Below are positions 1-7,911 of a stretch of DNA of 32,000 nt, piece by piece (position 1 is the first letter of the stretch; each line of letters starts with the position of its first letter). The notes under the pieces are model-generated. The model searched no databases, was not told where the DNA came from, and saw only the letters and a program-made list of their open reading frames with translations. Origin of the DNA: Gemmata obscuriglobus (lineage in GTDB: Bacteria; Planctomycetota; Planctomycetia; Gemmatales; Gemmataceae). The stretch covers positions 6,630,001-6,662,000 of the forward strand of contig NZ_CP042911.1 in NCBI RefSeq assembly GCF_008065095.1. Reading direction: 5' to 3'. Made by a program: the position numbers and the translations under genes.

Positions 1-593
1 TCGAACGCTTCCAGAACGTCGATACCACCGCGATAGAAAAACCCTGCACTCAACTGGTGCCACGAGTTTGTGAACAGCAGGTTGATCGGCGCGTCCTCAC
101 CCTCGTCGGCGTGCGCCTGCGGCCGTTCCGGCAGCGCGGCGCCGAGGGACGCGTAGGTCACCTTGCGGGCAATCGTCTCGCTGCCGAACAGGACCGGGAG
201 CAGTTCCGCGGTCGAGCGCATGTGCGTCACGATGCCGCGGCAGGACTCGGCTTCGAGGAGCGCCTTCACCGCGCCAAAGCACGGGAGCGACCGCACATCA
301 AGCGCCGCGGTGTGGCCGTTCTGCACGAACGGGAAGAACAGCGTGGAGGGGTCTTCGATCTCGATCACCCACGGGTTCTGACCGTAAGTGTACGGCACAC
401 TCGTGAGGAACGCGAGCGCGGCGCGCGGGGTCATCACCTGCGACTGGAAGTTGCGCGAGTGCGCGAACCGCACCGACGGCAGCACCCGCCCCGTTTTGCG
501 GACCAGCGACAGCACGAAGCGCGCGAACACGAAGAGGGTCGCGAGCGTGCGAAGCAAGCCGTGCTTGCGGGCGGTTTCGGCCAGCACCCACAT
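1..593 (-). CDS. Glycosyltransferase, GT-B/GT1-like; N-terminal part only, gene runs off the left window edge
   Basis: This ORF is absent from the ORF track because it has no stop codon inside the window. Manual minus-strand translation from ATG 593-591 gives MWVLAETARKHGLLRTLATLFVFARFVLSLVRKTGRVLPSVRFAHSRNFQSQVMTPRAALAFLTSVPYTYGQNPWVIEIEDPSTLFFPFVQNGHTAALDVRSLPCFGAVKALLEAESCRGIVTHMRSTAELLPVLFGSETIARKVTYASLGAALPERPQAHADEGEDAPINLLFTNSWHQLSAGFFYRGGIDVLEAF. Third codon positions are almost all G/C. The INLLFT...RGGIDVLEAF stretch resembles the start of the second Rossmann domain of GT1/GT4 enzymes. The frame stays open up to a GTG at 854, but third-position GC drops upstream of 593. Confidence 0.5.
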   Translation of the reverse strand, partial: MWVLAETARKHGLLRTLATLFVFARFVLSLVRKTGRVLPSVRFAHSRNFQSQVMTPRAALAFLTSVPYTYGQNPWVIEIEDPSTLFFPFVQNGHTAALDVRSLPCFGAVKALLEAESCRGIVTHMRSTAELLPVLFGSETIARKVTYASLGAALPERPQAHADEGEDAPINLLFTNSWHQLSAGFFYRGGIDVLEAF

Positions 594-887
594 GGATAGC
601 CCGAGTGCGACAAGAGCGCGGCCGATGCGGGCCGAGAGACCGGGTGGCGTATCGTCATTCACACCGGGAGCGGAATTCCGAAAGGCGTACCCTTCGGGTG
701 GAGCGTGCGTATGAGCGAACTGCGGGTGTACGCCACAATTCCCGAACCGCTTGAACACCGGTAGCCAGCCGAGAAACTCGACCGGAAACGGCTCCGCGGC
801 GCCAGTCGGTTCTCCGCGCGGGCCAGCGATTTCGGCAGTACCGGTAGCGCTCACGTTGAGGGTCCGTACTCTTGGGGAGGTGAGAGC

Positions 888-1826
888 CTACTCCATCCGC
901 GAACCGGGTGTCAACGCGGGCCGCGCGAGGCGGTTCCGGACGGCCCGCACGAACCCGCTCGCGTTCTTGCGTCGGGCACAGTTGATCAGCCTCGTCAGCG
1001 CCGCCAGGCTCTCCCGAACCGGGCGCCACCACGGTCGGCGTATCACGATTTGCCGCCCCGGCGTGCGAACGTCGAACGAATGCCCGACCGCGGCGAGCGT
1101 CGCCCGCCACTCGCCCTCCGCGGTCGAATTTGTCCAGCCCTCGATCACCGCCCGCAGCCGCAGGGCGAGCTCTTTTCGCTCTGGAAGGAGTGCGTCGAAC
1201 AGCGGCGCGTCGAGAGCGAGAACCGCGGGATCGGACATGTACACCACCCCGGCTTCCGGGTGCTGCACCGCGTTGTCGTGCTCGAAGATCACGTCCGGCA
1301 GGTACACGATGCGCCGCTCGCCCAGCACCGCGAGCAGATTGAACGCGTCCTCAATGTGATCGTCGATCCGGTAGCGGTGATAACAGGGCGGACAGATGCC
1401 CCCGGCCAGTTCGCAAAACGCACGCGACACCAGGGGGAACACGCACAGGTTGTCGCGCATCAGGGTGTCGTTGACGTGAACCAGCGCGAACGGGTCCGGG
1501 AACCGCCGCAGGCAGCCAAAAACGAGAGCGTCCCAGCCCGGCGTGCGGGCGGTCACGTCGTCGTTCAGCAGCATGACGTAATCGCCGGTCGAAGCTTCGT
1601 AGCCGGCGCTATTGAGCGCGCCCATCGTGCGGCCTGGCGGAACGACCACGTGCCGCACCTTCAACCGCGGGTGGGTTACCGCACTGGCGGGATCGTCCGC
1701 GTCGATCACAAGAACGACTTCGAGCCGCTCGGGGTGATAGGCGGTCGCCGCCACGCTGTCGAGCATGCGGCGCAACTTCGCGGGCCGTCCGCGCGTCGGA
1801 ACGATCAACGAAAGGCACCGTCGCAT
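888..1826 (-). CDS. Glycosyltransferase family 2
   Basis: 312-aa ORF. The N-terminus LSLIVPTRGRPAKLRRMLDSV...EVVLVIDADDP and the later YVMLLNDDV (DxD-like) are typical of the GT2 GT-A fold. The amino-acid composition is plausible, unlike the overlapping R/P-rich ORFs. Confidence 0.85.
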   Translation of the reverse strand: MRRCLSLIVPTRGRPAKLRRMLDSVAATAYHPERLEVVLVIDADDPASAVTHPRLKVRHVVVPPGRTMGALNSAGYEASTGDYVMLLNDDVTARTPGWDALVFGCLRRFPDPFALVHVNDTLMRDNLCVFPLVSRAFCELAGGICPPCYHRYRIDDHIEDAFNLLAVLGERRIVYLPDVIFEHDNAVQHPEAGVVYMSDPAVLALDAPLFDALLPERKELALRLRAVIEGWTNSTAEGEWRATLAAVGHSFDVRTPGRQIVIRRPWWRPVRESLAALTRLINCARRKNASGFVRAVRNRLARPALTPGSRME

Positions 1827-1854
1827 GTCGCGTGCTCGTGATGAAACAGCCGCA

Positions 1855-1895
1855 GGCGATTTTGACGGGATCGACAGAATCCCGTCAAAATCGCC
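1855..1895. repeat. Short palindromic element, family PAL-A (ggcgattttgacggga / tcccgtcaaaatcgcc)
   Basis: Perfect 16-bp inverted repeat, 1855-1870 against 1880-1895, with a 9-nt loop. It shares the terminal GCGATTTTGAC(A/G)GG motif with the elements at 20118, 26613 and 27546. It lies 51 nt downstream of the stop of the minus-strand GT2 gene 1946..2917. Confidence 0.8.
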
Positions 1896-1945
1896 TAACT
1901 CAGCGTCCTATAAATCCCGTTTATCTCGTCAACGGCCCTTCTCGC

Positions 1946-2917
1946 TCAGGCCATCAGCGGGTCGACGTTGAACGCGCGGCTCAGGCCTTCGTAGTGGAAC
2001 AACTTTGCGTGCGGAGTGATGACGGTTACCCGCCCGGCCGCGCCCAGGCGCCGGCACAGGTCGGCGTCGTTGAGCGAGTCTTGCAGGTCCTCATCGAACC
2101 CGTTCGCCGACTCGAACACGTCCCGGCGCACGAGCAGGCACGCCGCGGTCACCGCGGGAACGATCCGCATCACACGCAGCTCACCGTTCTCACCCACTGC
2201 CTCTGCCGGCTCACCGCGGTACGGATGGACCCAGGCCCCGTCGCTCCGCGGGAACAGCCCTGCGTGCTGAATGGTCCGGTCCGGGTACAGTAGTGTCGCG
2301 CCCACCGCGCCGACCGCCGGGTCCGCCGCGAGAACCAGCATCCGTTCGAGCCAGCGGCGCGTGATGACTTCAGTGTCGTTGTTCAGAAACACCAGGTGAT
2401 CGCCGGTCGCCTTTCGCACGCCGAGGTTACACAGCCGCGAGAAGTTGAACGGCTCGTCGCAGCGGACCAGTTTGATGTTCCGCTGCGCGCTGATGCCCGC
2501 GAGCAACCGAGCGGTACGCGGGTCCTCGCTCCCGTTGTCGACCAGCACCACCTCGGTCTTCTTGTAGGTGCTGCGCCGCAGGCTCCGCAGGCAGTTGCGG
2601 AGCAGTTCCGGGCGGTCGCGGAACGGGATGATGATGCTGACCGTTGCGTCCGGGACCGCGCGTGCCCCCCCCGTGTACGGAACGGCCAGTTCGGTAACGA
2701 CCTTCGGCACAACGGCCGGGTGCGGTACGAACCGGCGCACGAACCGCCGGACGAACTCCGCCGCCCGCGCGACCTTCGAGTTCTCGCGCCCGGTCAGCTC
2801 GTTCTGGAGCAACTCCGCGCGCTGCCACTCGGCGTGGTAGCGCTGGTTCAGCAGGTGAATCAGCCCAGCGTAGGGGTTGCCCCCGCGGCGCCGCTTCCGG
2901 GACGTTCGCTCGCTCAT
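1946..2917 (-). CDS. Glycosyltransferase family 2
   Basis: This is the 3' 323 codons of track ORF 1946..3478, taken from the internal ATG at 2917 (MSERTSRKRRRGGNPYAGL...). The part upstream of 2917 is R-rich and overlaps the epimerase gene. Supporting motifs: VSIIIPFRDRPELLRNCLRSL, VVLVDNGSEDP, LVFLNNDTEV. Confidence 0.85.
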   Translation of the reverse strand: MSERTSRKRRRGGNPYAGLIHLLNQRYHAEWQRAELLQNELTGRENSKVARAAEFVRRFVRRFVPHPAVVPKVVTELAVPYTGGARAVPDATVSIIIPFRDRPELLRNCLRSLRRSTYKKTEVVLVDNGSEDPRTARLLAGISAQRNIKLVRCDEPFNFSRLCNLGVRKATGDHLVFLNNDTEVITRRWLERMLVLAADPAVGAVGATLLYPDRTIQHAGLFPRSDGAWVHPYRGEPAEAVGENGELRVMRIVPAVTAACLLVRRDVFESANGFDEDLQDSLNDADLCRRLGAAGRVTVITPHAKLFHYEGLSRAFNVDPLMA

Positions 2918-2931
2918 TGTCGCGGCTCCAT

Positions 2932-3873
2932 TCAGGCGTTCTGGAACGGACCTTTCGACAGCATCCGGTAGCCTTTGATCAGTTCGCCGATGCCGGCCTC
3001 GAGCGAGCGCTGCGCCTCGAACCCCGCGGACTTGAGCCGGGCACTGGAGACGATGTAGTTCCGCTTGTCCGGGTCCTCCCCGATCGCGGCGAAGTGGATG
3101 TAGAACTTCGGCACCTGCTTCTTCACCGCGAACGCGAGTTGCTCCTTCGACAGGTTCGCGGAGTCCAGGCCCAGGTTGTACGGCCGGTTCGACATCGCCG
3201 CGCCGTTCCGGATCGCGTGAATGAACGCGTCGGCGACGTCGCGCACGTGGACGAAGTTCCGCTTGAAGTCCTTCTCGAACAGCACGATGTACCCGTCCTT
3301 CACGGCCGCGTACACGAAGTGGTTCACGAGCAGGTCGAGCCGCATCCGGGGTGACATCCCGAACACCGTGGCGAGCCGGAACGTGACCGCGTTCGGGCTG
3401 TCGAGCAGCAGTCGCTCGGCGTCGCACTTGGTGCGGCCGTACAGCGAGATCGGCTCCAGGGGCGTGTCTTCGGTGCACAGCGTCGCGCCGGTGGTGGCGC
3501 CGTAGCCGCTGTTCGTGTTCGGGAACACCACCAGTTGGTTCGGGCTGCGGAGCTTGTTCAGGAGCCGCACCGACTCGAAGTTGACCGACTTCGTCAGCGC
3601 CGGGTCGCGGTCACACGCGGACGCCCCGACGATCCCCGCGAGGTGAACGACGTGGTCCGCGTCCTTCAGCGCGGCCCGCATCGTGGCCTCGTCGCGCACG
3701 TCGCCCTTGACGAAATCGAACGCGGGGTTCGCGCACAGGTGGAACAGCCCCTGCCCGGCCCCGTAGGTGAGGTTGTCAAGTGCGGTGACCGCGTACCCGG
3801 CGCTCAGGAGGTGCTCGCACAGCACGCTGCCGAGGTAACCGAGCCCGCCGGTGACCAAAACGCGCTCGCTCAT
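2932..3873 (-). CDS. NAD-dependent sugar epimerase/dehydratase (extended SDR family)
   Basis: 313 aa. It has an N-terminal Rossmann motif VLVTGGLGYLGS and the catalytic YGRTK (YxxxK). An AGGAG sequence lies 11 nt upstream of the ATG on the minus strand. The stop is 14 nt before the start of the next GT2 gene. Confidence 0.9.
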   Translation of the reverse strand: MSERVLVTGGLGYLGSVLCEHLLSAGYAVTALDNLTYGAGQGLFHLCANPAFDFVKGDVRDEATMRAALKDADHVVHLAGIVGASACDRDPALTKSVNFESVRLLNKLRSPNQLVVFPNTNSGYGATTGATLCTEDTPLEPISLYGRTKCDAERLLLDSPNAVTFRLATVFGMSPRMRLDLLVNHFVYAAVKDGYIVLFEKDFKRNFVHVRDVADAFIHAIRNGAAMSNRPYNLGLDSANLSKEQLAFAVKKQVPKFYIHFAAIGEDPDKRNYIVSSARLKSAGFEAQRSLEAGIGELIKGYRMLSKGPFQNA

Positions 3874-3925
3874 CCGTGAGTTCTCCTGGAGGGTGGGAGA
3901 GTTTAGGCGCAGGAAATCGCGCGAT

Positions 3926-5197
3926 TCAAGCCCACTTCACCGGAGCGGCCCGGCGAACGCGATGCAGTACGCGGCGGGCGAGTGAGGGACGGCGCGCGAC
4001 CGCCGCCAGTTCCGCCGCGAGCGCGTTCAGCTCCGCCACCTGTGTGCCGAGGCGGGCTATATCCGCGCGGGCGCCTGCCAACGCGTGCTCCAGCGTTCCC
4101 CGGTGTCGGGCCGCATCCGACAGAACCCGATCGGTGATCCGCTCCTTAAGCTCCGCTAGCGTCGGGGCGGTGAGGCACGCGCCGGCGGCGATCAGTCTCT
4201 CTCGGGCCACGTCATCAAGCAGCGCGCGCGGATCGGCGGGCTGCGCGACGGCGTACAACCCGCCGCGGCAGAACACCACGTCGTGGCCACGGTAATCGGT
4301 GAGCACAAAGCGGCACCCGGTCGCGAACACTTCCTCCTGGGCGAGCACGCCGGCGAGGTATGCGTCTCCCGCGCCGAGGCTGAACGCGGCGGGCGGCTCG
4401 GCCGGCAAGTCAGCTGGAGCCGTAAGCGCCGCCCGCCACTCGGGCGGAACGTCCAGTTCGAACCGGTCCCGCAGGAGCGCCTCCAGTTCGAGCGTGCGGG
4501 CACGGAGCAGCCCGCGCAGTGTGGGCGCGAGCCGGTCCGGCAGGACGCCAGGCGGCCCTTCCAGAATGCGATCGGCGACAGGAAATCCGGACAGGTCGAC
4601 GTTCGGGTCAGCTCCAAGGAACGCGAGCACGGCGCGCAGCAGGTCCGCCGGGCGAGACGCGATCGACTCGTAGAACCCAACGAACATCTGCTCGCGAGGG
4701 AACACCGCAGACCACCGTCGGAGCTGCCCCAAGTAATCGCCCCCGACCAGCGGCCAGTCGTGCGAGAAATTCGTCCGCCACTGCTCGTCGGTCGCCGACC
4801 CGGGACCGCTCGCGGCGAAGTTGGCCTCGCAGTACCGGTGGTTGTGTTTGGCGTGGGACCACGCCCGGGCCACCGGCTCCCGCATCAGGAACACCAGCCG
4901 CACGTGAGGCAGCAGTTCCCGGATCTGCCGAATGCGGGCCAGCGGAAGCGCCGCGTAGGACGGTGACGCCTCCCCGGCCCGGCGCGAACCGGCATGGACG
5001 AAATGGTCGCAGTACCAGCCGAAATCGAGGCGCTTGTACAGCGAGCTGAAGTACTTCACCTCCTTGACTTCCGGCACGAAAAGGTCGGGGTGACGGCGCA
5101 AATTGTCCGCAAGCCACGTGGACCCGGTCTTGGGCGGCGAGATCACCAGGAAATCCGGCCGGCGGTAGCGGAACAGGTGGTGCGGATCGGTCGGCAT
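3926..5197 (-). CDS. Sulfotransferase-domain protein with a C-terminal extension of about 150 aa
   Basis: 423 aa. FLVISPPKTGSTWL matches the 5'-PSB PAPS-binding loop (PKxGTT/S) of sulfotransferases, and REPVARAWSHAKH lies in the 3'-PB region. The C-terminal third (AFSLGAGDAYLAG...ARADIARLGTQVAELNALAAELAAV) has no motif I recognise and ends in a heptad-like Ala/Leu helix. Confidence 0.8.
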   Translation of the reverse strand: MPTDPHHLFRYRRPDFLVISPPKTGSTWLADNLRRHPDLFVPEVKEVKYFSSLYKRLDFGWYCDHFVHAGSRRAGEASPSYAALPLARIRQIRELLPHVRLVFLMREPVARAWSHAKHNHRYCEANFAASGPGSATDEQWRTNFSHDWPLVGGDYLGQLRRWSAVFPREQMFVGFYESIASRPADLLRAVLAFLGADPNVDLSGFPVADRILEGPPGVLPDRLAPTLRGLLRARTLELEALLRDRFELDVPPEWRAALTAPADLPAEPPAAFSLGAGDAYLAGVLAQEEVFATGCRFVLTDYRGHDVVFCRGGLYAVAQPADPRALLDDVARERLIAAGACLTAPTLAELKERITDRVLSDAARHRGTLEHALAGARADIARLGTQVAELNALAAELAAVARRPSLARRVLHRVRRAAPVKWA

Positions 5198-5329
5198 ACC
5201 GGTAAGTCCCCTGGTGCGGGCACGCGGACGTTACACCACAGCCCGCACGCCTGACAAGATCGCCCCGGCGGTTGCCGTTGACCCGCCCCCGCGCGGCACC
5301 TATAAACCGCCGCCCTTAACGCACCCCGG

Positions 5330-6121
5330 ATGCGGGCGAGGTCCGAACCGATGGCGACCACCGAACTGCTCCCGCGCCCGACCGCCGCCCCGACCGCGCC
5401 TGCGGTCCGGCGCGCGTGCTCGGTCACCCTCGTCGTGCCGACGCTCAACGAGATCGTCGGCATGAAGGCGATCATGCCGCGCATCCGGGCGGCGTGGGTC
5501 GATCAGGTGATCGTCCTGGACGGCGGCTCGACCGACGGCACGGCCGAGTGGGCGCGCGAGAACGGCTACGAGGTCCACGTCCAGAGCGAGCCCGGCATCC
5601 GCCACGCCTACCGGGAGGTGCTCCCGAAGGTGCGCGGGGACGTGATCGTCACCTTCAGCCCGGACGGCAACAGCGTCCCCGAGCTGCTCCCCGAGCTGAT
5701 CGCGAAGATCGACGAGGGGTACGACATGGTCATCGCGTCGCGGTACAAACCGCCCGCGAAAAGCGCCGACGACGACCTCATCACCGCGTTCGGGAACTGG
5801 CTGTTCACGCGCACCGTGAACCTCCTGCACGGCGGCCGGTACACCGACGCGATGGTCATTTACCGCGCGTACCGGACGCGAATCGTCCGCGAGCTGGAAC
5901 TGGACCAGGACCGCTGGTACCGCACCCCCGAGTGGCTGTTCCGGACGCGGATCAGTTGGGAGCCGCTGCTCTCGGCACGAGCGGCCCGGCGCGGGCTGAA
6001 GGTGGCGGAGATCCCGGGCGACGAGCCGCCGCGTTTGGGTGGCGAGCGCAAGCTCCAGGTCCTGAAGTGGGGGGCGGCGTACTACTTCCAGTTCGTGCGC
6101 GACGTCTTCTGCTGGCGCTGA
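5330..6121 (+). CDS. Glycosyltransferase family 2, polyprenyl-phosphate (DPM1/GtrB-like) type
   Basis: 263 aa. Supporting motifs: VTLVVPTLNE, VIVLDGGSTDGT, VTFSPDGNS, MVIASRY. The alternative ATG at 5351 has GAGG 10 nt upstream and may be the true start. Confidence 0.85.
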   Translation: MRARSEPMATTELLPRPTAAPTAPAVRRACSVTLVVPTLNEIVGMKAIMPRIRAAWVDQVIVLDGGSTDGTAEWARENGYEVHVQSEPGIRHAYREVLPKVRGDVIVTFSPDGNSVPELLPELIAKIDEGYDMVIASRYKPPAKSADDDLITAFGNWLFTRTVNLLHGGRYTDAMVIYRAYRTRIVRELELDQDRWYRTPEWLFRTRISWEPLLSARAARRGLKVAEIPGDEPPRLGGERKLQVLKWGAAYYFQFVRDVFCWR

Positions 6122-6199
6122 CGGTGCCCCGGGCGCAGCGCCGTTAGCGCCAGCGATCGAACAGCCCGACCCAACAGCCCGAAACAAGGAGCGGGGCAG

Positions 6200-7831
6200 A
6201 TGAGCCAGGAGCGGTTCGCGGAGTGGGTGTGTAACACGTTCGGACCGAAGGCGTTCCGCGACCTCGCGTTCCTCGCGGTGCTGTTCGCGTTCGTGACGGT
6301 GGCCTACGGGCCGTCGCTCAGGCACCCGCCCCGCGCGGACCAGTGGTGCTACCTCGCCGACACGGTCAACGACCACACGTTCCGCGACACGTTCCGGCAC
6401 ACCTACTCGTACAACCGCACCCGCCTGGTGGCCCCGGGCGACACCGACCTGTTCCGCCCGGTGCTGTTCGCACTGCTCGCGGCCGAAAAGGCGGCGCTGG
6501 GCGGCCACTTCGACTACGTCCAGGCGCTCGGCGTGGGGTTCCACGGCGCCATCTGCGTCCTGCTCCTCGTGGTCCTGCGCCAGACGGCCGGGCTCGTGCG
6601 CCCGCCCGAGTCGAAGAAAGAAGTCGGCACGAGCGGGTCCGACTGGCTCATGTACGGAACGGTCGCGTTCTTCGCGCTCAACCCGTGCGTGCAAGAGCTG
6701 GTCATCTGGGGCCACCTCCACGGCTACCTGCTGTTCCTGCTGTTCCTGCTCGGTTCGATCAGTTGCGTGCTGCGCTACGCGGCACGCGGGCGCGCCGGCA
6801 AGGACGTACAGTGGCCGCTGTACGGGGCGTGGGTGCTGGCCGCGCTGTCCGCGTTCACCTACGAGCTGGGGCAGGTCTACGCGGTGCTCGCCGGCCTGGT
6901 GCTCGCGGCCGAAGCGGCGCCGCGCGTCGGGAAGCCCCAGGCGTTCGGCACGTTCGCCGCGTTCGCGGCCGTCCTCATAGGCTACCAGCTCGCGAACCAC
7001 ATCGACCAGAACGTTCACCAGGGGCAGTACCAGCCCGAGAACCTGCACGCCGCGATCGTGAAAGAGGCGGCCACGCCCGCGACGCTCACCCACTCGGCCC
7101 GGTACGGTGTGTTCACGGCGGTGCAGCCGTTCTTCCCGTCGCTGGTCCAGACCTTCTACGGCGGGCAGCGGTTGCAGGTGCTCGAAACCGTGTGGACCGG
7201 GTCGCGGCTGCGGGTTCTCACGCCGACGCTCGCGGTGTCTTACGCCACCCTGCTCGCGGGTACGGTGCTGGGCGCGGCGGGGCTGTGGCGGGTGGGGCAG
7301 TCGCGGGCCCGGCTCATCTGCGCACTGCCGGTGGCGCTGTACGCCGTCTACGCGGCGATGAACGTGCTCGGGCGGATGAACATGCGGCCGCACTCGTGGA
7401 TTCTGAGCGGCAACTCGTACTACACGTACTTCGCACTTCTGTTCGCGCTGCTGGCCGCGTCGGCCGCGTGGCACGCGACCGGGGCGTGGGCCGTCAACGT
7501 CCGGAAGGGGCTCGCCGCCGGGTTGGTGGCGCTGGCCGCTCTGGGGGCCGAACAGGTCTGGCAGGCCAACACGATGGTGGCCCGGGAAGAGCGCGAGTGG
7601 ACGCGCGCGCTGCGGGCGGTGCAGAAGTTCGTGGACGCGCATGAGGACGAACCCGGGTTCAGCTTCGAGATCGATTACCCGTCGTCGGACCCGGTGCCGG
7701 TGGTCCACGGCGAGCGCATCACGCGGCTGGTGTTCGCGGAGTGGATGTCCGCACCGCAGCCCCGGTACCGGATCGCCATTCGCGAAGGGAAAGCCGTTCC
7801 GCAACCGGCCCCCGCACAGGCGGCCCGTTAG
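6200..7831 (+). CDS. Polytopic membrane protein, possible GT-C-fold glycosyltransferase partner of the preceding GT2
   Basis: 543 aa. AAGGAG lies 9 nt upstream of the ATG. By eye there are about 10 or more hydrophobic segments, for example LAFLAVLFAFVTVAY, ICVLLLVVL, LLFLLFLLGSISCVL and YFALLFALLAASAAW. An acidic/aromatic first loop (RADQWCYLADTVND) follows TM1. The gene starts 78 nt after a polyprenyl-P GT2 gene. The GT-C assignment is inferred from this arrangement, not from a recognised motif. Confidence 0.6.
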   Translation: MSQERFAEWVCNTFGPKAFRDLAFLAVLFAFVTVAYGPSLRHPPRADQWCYLADTVNDHTFRDTFRHTYSYNRTRLVAPGDTDLFRPVLFALLAAEKAALGGHFDYVQALGVGFHGAICVLLLVVLRQTAGLVRPPESKKEVGTSGSDWLMYGTVAFFALNPCVQELVIWGHLHGYLLFLLFLLGSISCVLRYAARGRAGKDVQWPLYGAWVLAALSAFTYELGQVYAVLAGLVLAAEAAPRVGKPQAFGTFAAFAAVLIGYQLANHIDQNVHQGQYQPENLHAAIVKEAATPATLTHSARYGVFTAVQPFFPSLVQTFYGGQRLQVLETVWTGSRLRVLTPTLAVSYATLLAGTVLGAAGLWRVGQSRARLICALPVALYAVYAAMNVLGRMNMRPHSWILSGNSYYTYFALLFALLAASAAWHATGAWAVNVRKGLAAGLVALAALGAEQVWQANTMVAREEREWTRALRAVQKFVDAHEDEPGFSFEIDYPSSDPVPVVHGERITRLVFAEWMSAPQPRYRIAIREGKAVPQPAPAQAAR

Positions 7832-7882
7832 GGAACCGCGAGAAACCCCGTCCCGGGGGTCAGCGCACGCACGCTGCCGTCC

Positions 7883-7910
7883 GAGCCGCCAGTTCTTCGA
7901 GTGGCGGCTC
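7883..7910. terminator. GC-rich hairpin between convergent genes (candidate bidirectional terminator)
   Basis: gagccgcca (7883-7891) pairs perfectly with tggcggctc (7902-7910) across a 10-nt loop. The right arm ends 1 nt from the permease stop codon (7912-7914), and the hairpin begins 52 nt after the stop of the plus-strand gene. There is no U-tract. Confidence 0.35.
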
Positions 7911-7911
7911 G

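Noticed and set aside
594-854. In-frame extension of the GT1-like gene up to a GTG at 854
   Set aside because: The frame stays open from the stop of the upstream GT2 gene. However, third-codon-position G/C drops markedly upstream of ATG 593, and the peptide (TAEIAGPRGEPTGAAEPFPVEF...) has no GT-like features. I treat it as probably non-coding, while noting that I cannot exclude it.
1946-3478. Long 5' extensions of real genes in the track (1946..3478, 11579..13279, 24047..25513, 24529..26520, 17743..18789, 18372..20045, 13834..14445, 14470..16446, 16835..18031, 27837..28856, 26804..27412)
   Set aside because: In each case the upstream part is R/G/P-rich. It also either overlaps the neighbouring well-supported gene or is encoded by a repeat element. 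The recognisable family N-terminus begins at an internal ATG, GTG or TTG, and those internal starts were used.
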